From positions 243,414,001 through 243,478,000 of the forward strand of contig NC_086097.1 in assembly GCF_963921235.1 (NCBI RefSeq): a DNA stretch of 64,000 nucleotides, given 5' to 3'. This DNA comes from Mobula hypostoma. Its lineage: Eukaryota. Position 1 is the stretch's first letter. The number at the start of each line of letters is the position of its first letter. Shown here in pieces: positions 61,936-64,000 of the stretch. A program made the translations under genes and the position numbers. Under the pieces are notes generated by a model. It saw nothing but the letters and a program-made list of their open reading frames with translations, ran no database searches and had not been told where the DNA came from.

Positions 61936-62576
61936 TATTCCGTCTGTATTTATTCTTCAGTGCAAATTCAGAATAGTTTTCCACATATTAGTTACCTTAC
62001 ACACACTCAATAGTATTACAGTATCCGGAGTCTTCCTGACTGGATTCGAACTTGGGAACCTTTGCTCCAGAGTCCGGTGCTGATGCCACTACGCCACCAG
62101 CCAGTTGATGATGGTGTTGAGACTAGCGCGTGACTTGGATTTAAGTGAGGGAGAGTTGCGCAGCGTCAGCCTCACTCTCTCTTCCCAATTCCCATCTGGA
62201 TCCAGTGGCAAGACAAGAGTCGAGACGGCTGGAGATGGGACTAGGCGCAGTGGATGACCAGGACGCCTTCTGCGTCTTGTCCTGCTCTACGTGTTCCACG
62301 ACGCTTGCACGGGCCCTCTTCTTGACCGTTGGACCTGCCATTGGTCTCATCCGCTCAATCCACTGGCGTCTGTCTTCACATGCTGGGATAGACAACTCCC
62401 TATCTCACCGAGGGTTTGAGACCCGTCGGCTACCCTCGCTTGGTTTAGCCGGCTTGTCGAAGCCGTTGCCCGGGGTGTGGCCGCTGTCACATGCAAACGG
62501 TTACAGGGAGCCACAGGTGAGAGCTGAGTGCCAGGTGGGGACCAAAGGTGGACTAACCGCCTTGAAAAGGACGCGA

Positions 62577-63512
62577 CATAGAAACCATAGAAACTACAGC
62601 ACAGAAACAGGCCTTTTGGCCCTTCTTGGCTGTGCCGAACCATTTTCTGCCTAGTCCCACTGACCTGCAAACGGACCATATCCCTCCATACACCTCCCAT
62701 CCATGTATCTGTCCAATTTATTCTTAAATGTTAAAAAAGAACCAGCATTTACCACCTCATCTGGCAGTTCATTCCATACTCCCAGCACTCTCTGTGTGAA
62801 GAAGCCCCCCCTAATAATCCCTTTAAACTTTCCCCCCATCACCCTTAACCCATGTCCTCTGGTGTTTTTCTCCCCTTGCCTCAGTGGGAAAAGCCTGCTT
62901 GCATTCACTCTATCTATACCCATCATAATTTTATATACCTCTATCAAATCTCCCCTCATTCTTCTACGCTCCAGGGAATAAAGTCCTAACCTATTCAACC
63001 TTTCTCTGTAACTGAGTTTCTCAAGTCCTGGCAACATCCTTGTAAACCTTCTCTGCACTCTTTCAACCTTATTTATATCCTTCCTGTAACTTGGTGACCA
63101 AAACTGAACACAATACTCCAGATTCAGCCTCACCAATGCCTTATACAACCTCATCATAACATTCCAGTTCTTATACTCAATACCTTGATTAATAAAGGCC
63201 AATGTACCAAAAGCTAACTTTACGACCCTATATACTTGTGACGCCACTTTTAGGGAATTTTGTGTCTGTATTCCCAGATCCCTCTGTTCCACTGCACTCC
63301 TCAGTGCCTTACCATTAACCCTGTATGTTCTACCTTGGTTTGTCCTTCCAACGTGCAATACCTCACACTTGTCTGTATTAAACTCCATTTGCCATTTTTC
63401 AGCCCATTTTTCCAGCTGGTCCAAGTCCCTCTGCAGGCTCTGAAAACCTTCCTCACCGTCTACCACACTTCCAATCTTTGTATCATCAGCAGATTTGCTG
63501 ATCCAATTTTCC
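62577..63512 (-). mobile_element. Young CR1 family B RT C-terminus and 3' end
   Basis: NWISKSADDTKIG...GYGPFAGQWD, uninterrupted. Confidence 0.92.
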
Positions 63513-63566
63513 CCCACCAGAGGTGCTACCCCTCCCTGACACCCCATACACCCCAATTGTGAAAGA

Positions 63567-64000
63567 CATACAGGGCTGGAGGAGGGGCAGTCTGATAGGA
63601 GAGGACAGAAAGCCATGGAAGAACGGGATGGGAAAGTAACACCAGAGGGACGTGACAAATAAGGAAGGAGATACAGTGAGAGAGGGAAATGAGAATGGGG
63701 AATGTTGAAGGAGAAGGGGTTGGGCCATTTCTGGAAGCTCGAGAAATCGATGTTCACACCATCAGGTTGGAGGTTACCCAGACGGAATGTAAGGTGTTGC
63801 TCCTCCATCCTGAGTGTGGCTTCATCGCGGCAGAAGAGGAGGCTGTGGACTGACATGTCAGAATGGGAATGGGAAGTGAAATAGATGGCCACCAGGGAAT
63901 CCCACTTTCCTGGTGGACAGAGCATAGACGCTCGTTGAAGGGGTCTCCCAATCTACATTGACTCACCGATATACAGGAGGCCACACCAGGATTACCAGAT
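63567..64000 (-). mobile_element. Penelope-like element GIY-YIG C-terminus, runs off the window
   Basis: CGLLYIGE, RLGDPFNERL, HSHSDMSVH...EEQHLTFRLGNLQPDGVNIDF. Confidence 0.85.

Noticed and set aside
62651..63925. 424-aa GIY-YIG/RT fusion protein
   Set aside because: Chance read-through from a Penelope-like remnant into an adjacent 5'-truncated CR1; the RT motif is mutated (SADD).

Overview
Vertebrate genomic DNA, not prokaryotic. The repeat content (abundant CR1-type LINEs, V-SINE/HE1-like SINEs, Rex1/Babar, Penelope-like elements) suggests a cartilaginous fish, probably a ray or shark; this is an inference. Most of the window is transposon-derived, and almost every ORF in the supplied track is a retroelement fragment or its antisense shadow. 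The only host gene I can support is missed by that track: three small + strand coding exons (411-534, 43724-43795, 59893-59964) that splice in frame into the signal peptide, Cys-containing N-terminus and Gly-X-Y collagen region of a collectin, best matching COLEC10 (CL-L1). Its introns (about 43.2 kb and 16.1 kb, plus the start of a third) hold nested CR1, Rex1/Babar, Tx1, Gypsy (Gmr1-like domain order), solo-LTR, hAT, Tc1, Penelope-like and SINE insertions and two 47-48 bp minisatellites. The most notable observations are minimal hammerhead-ribozyme motifs in Penelope-like repeats, several locally templated insertions or duplications, and CR1 copies that share inactivating lesions or 5' breakpoints. 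CR1 family labels A-D are my own. Repeat boundaries are approximate unless a junction is quoted. I found no convincing evidence of a wholly new system.
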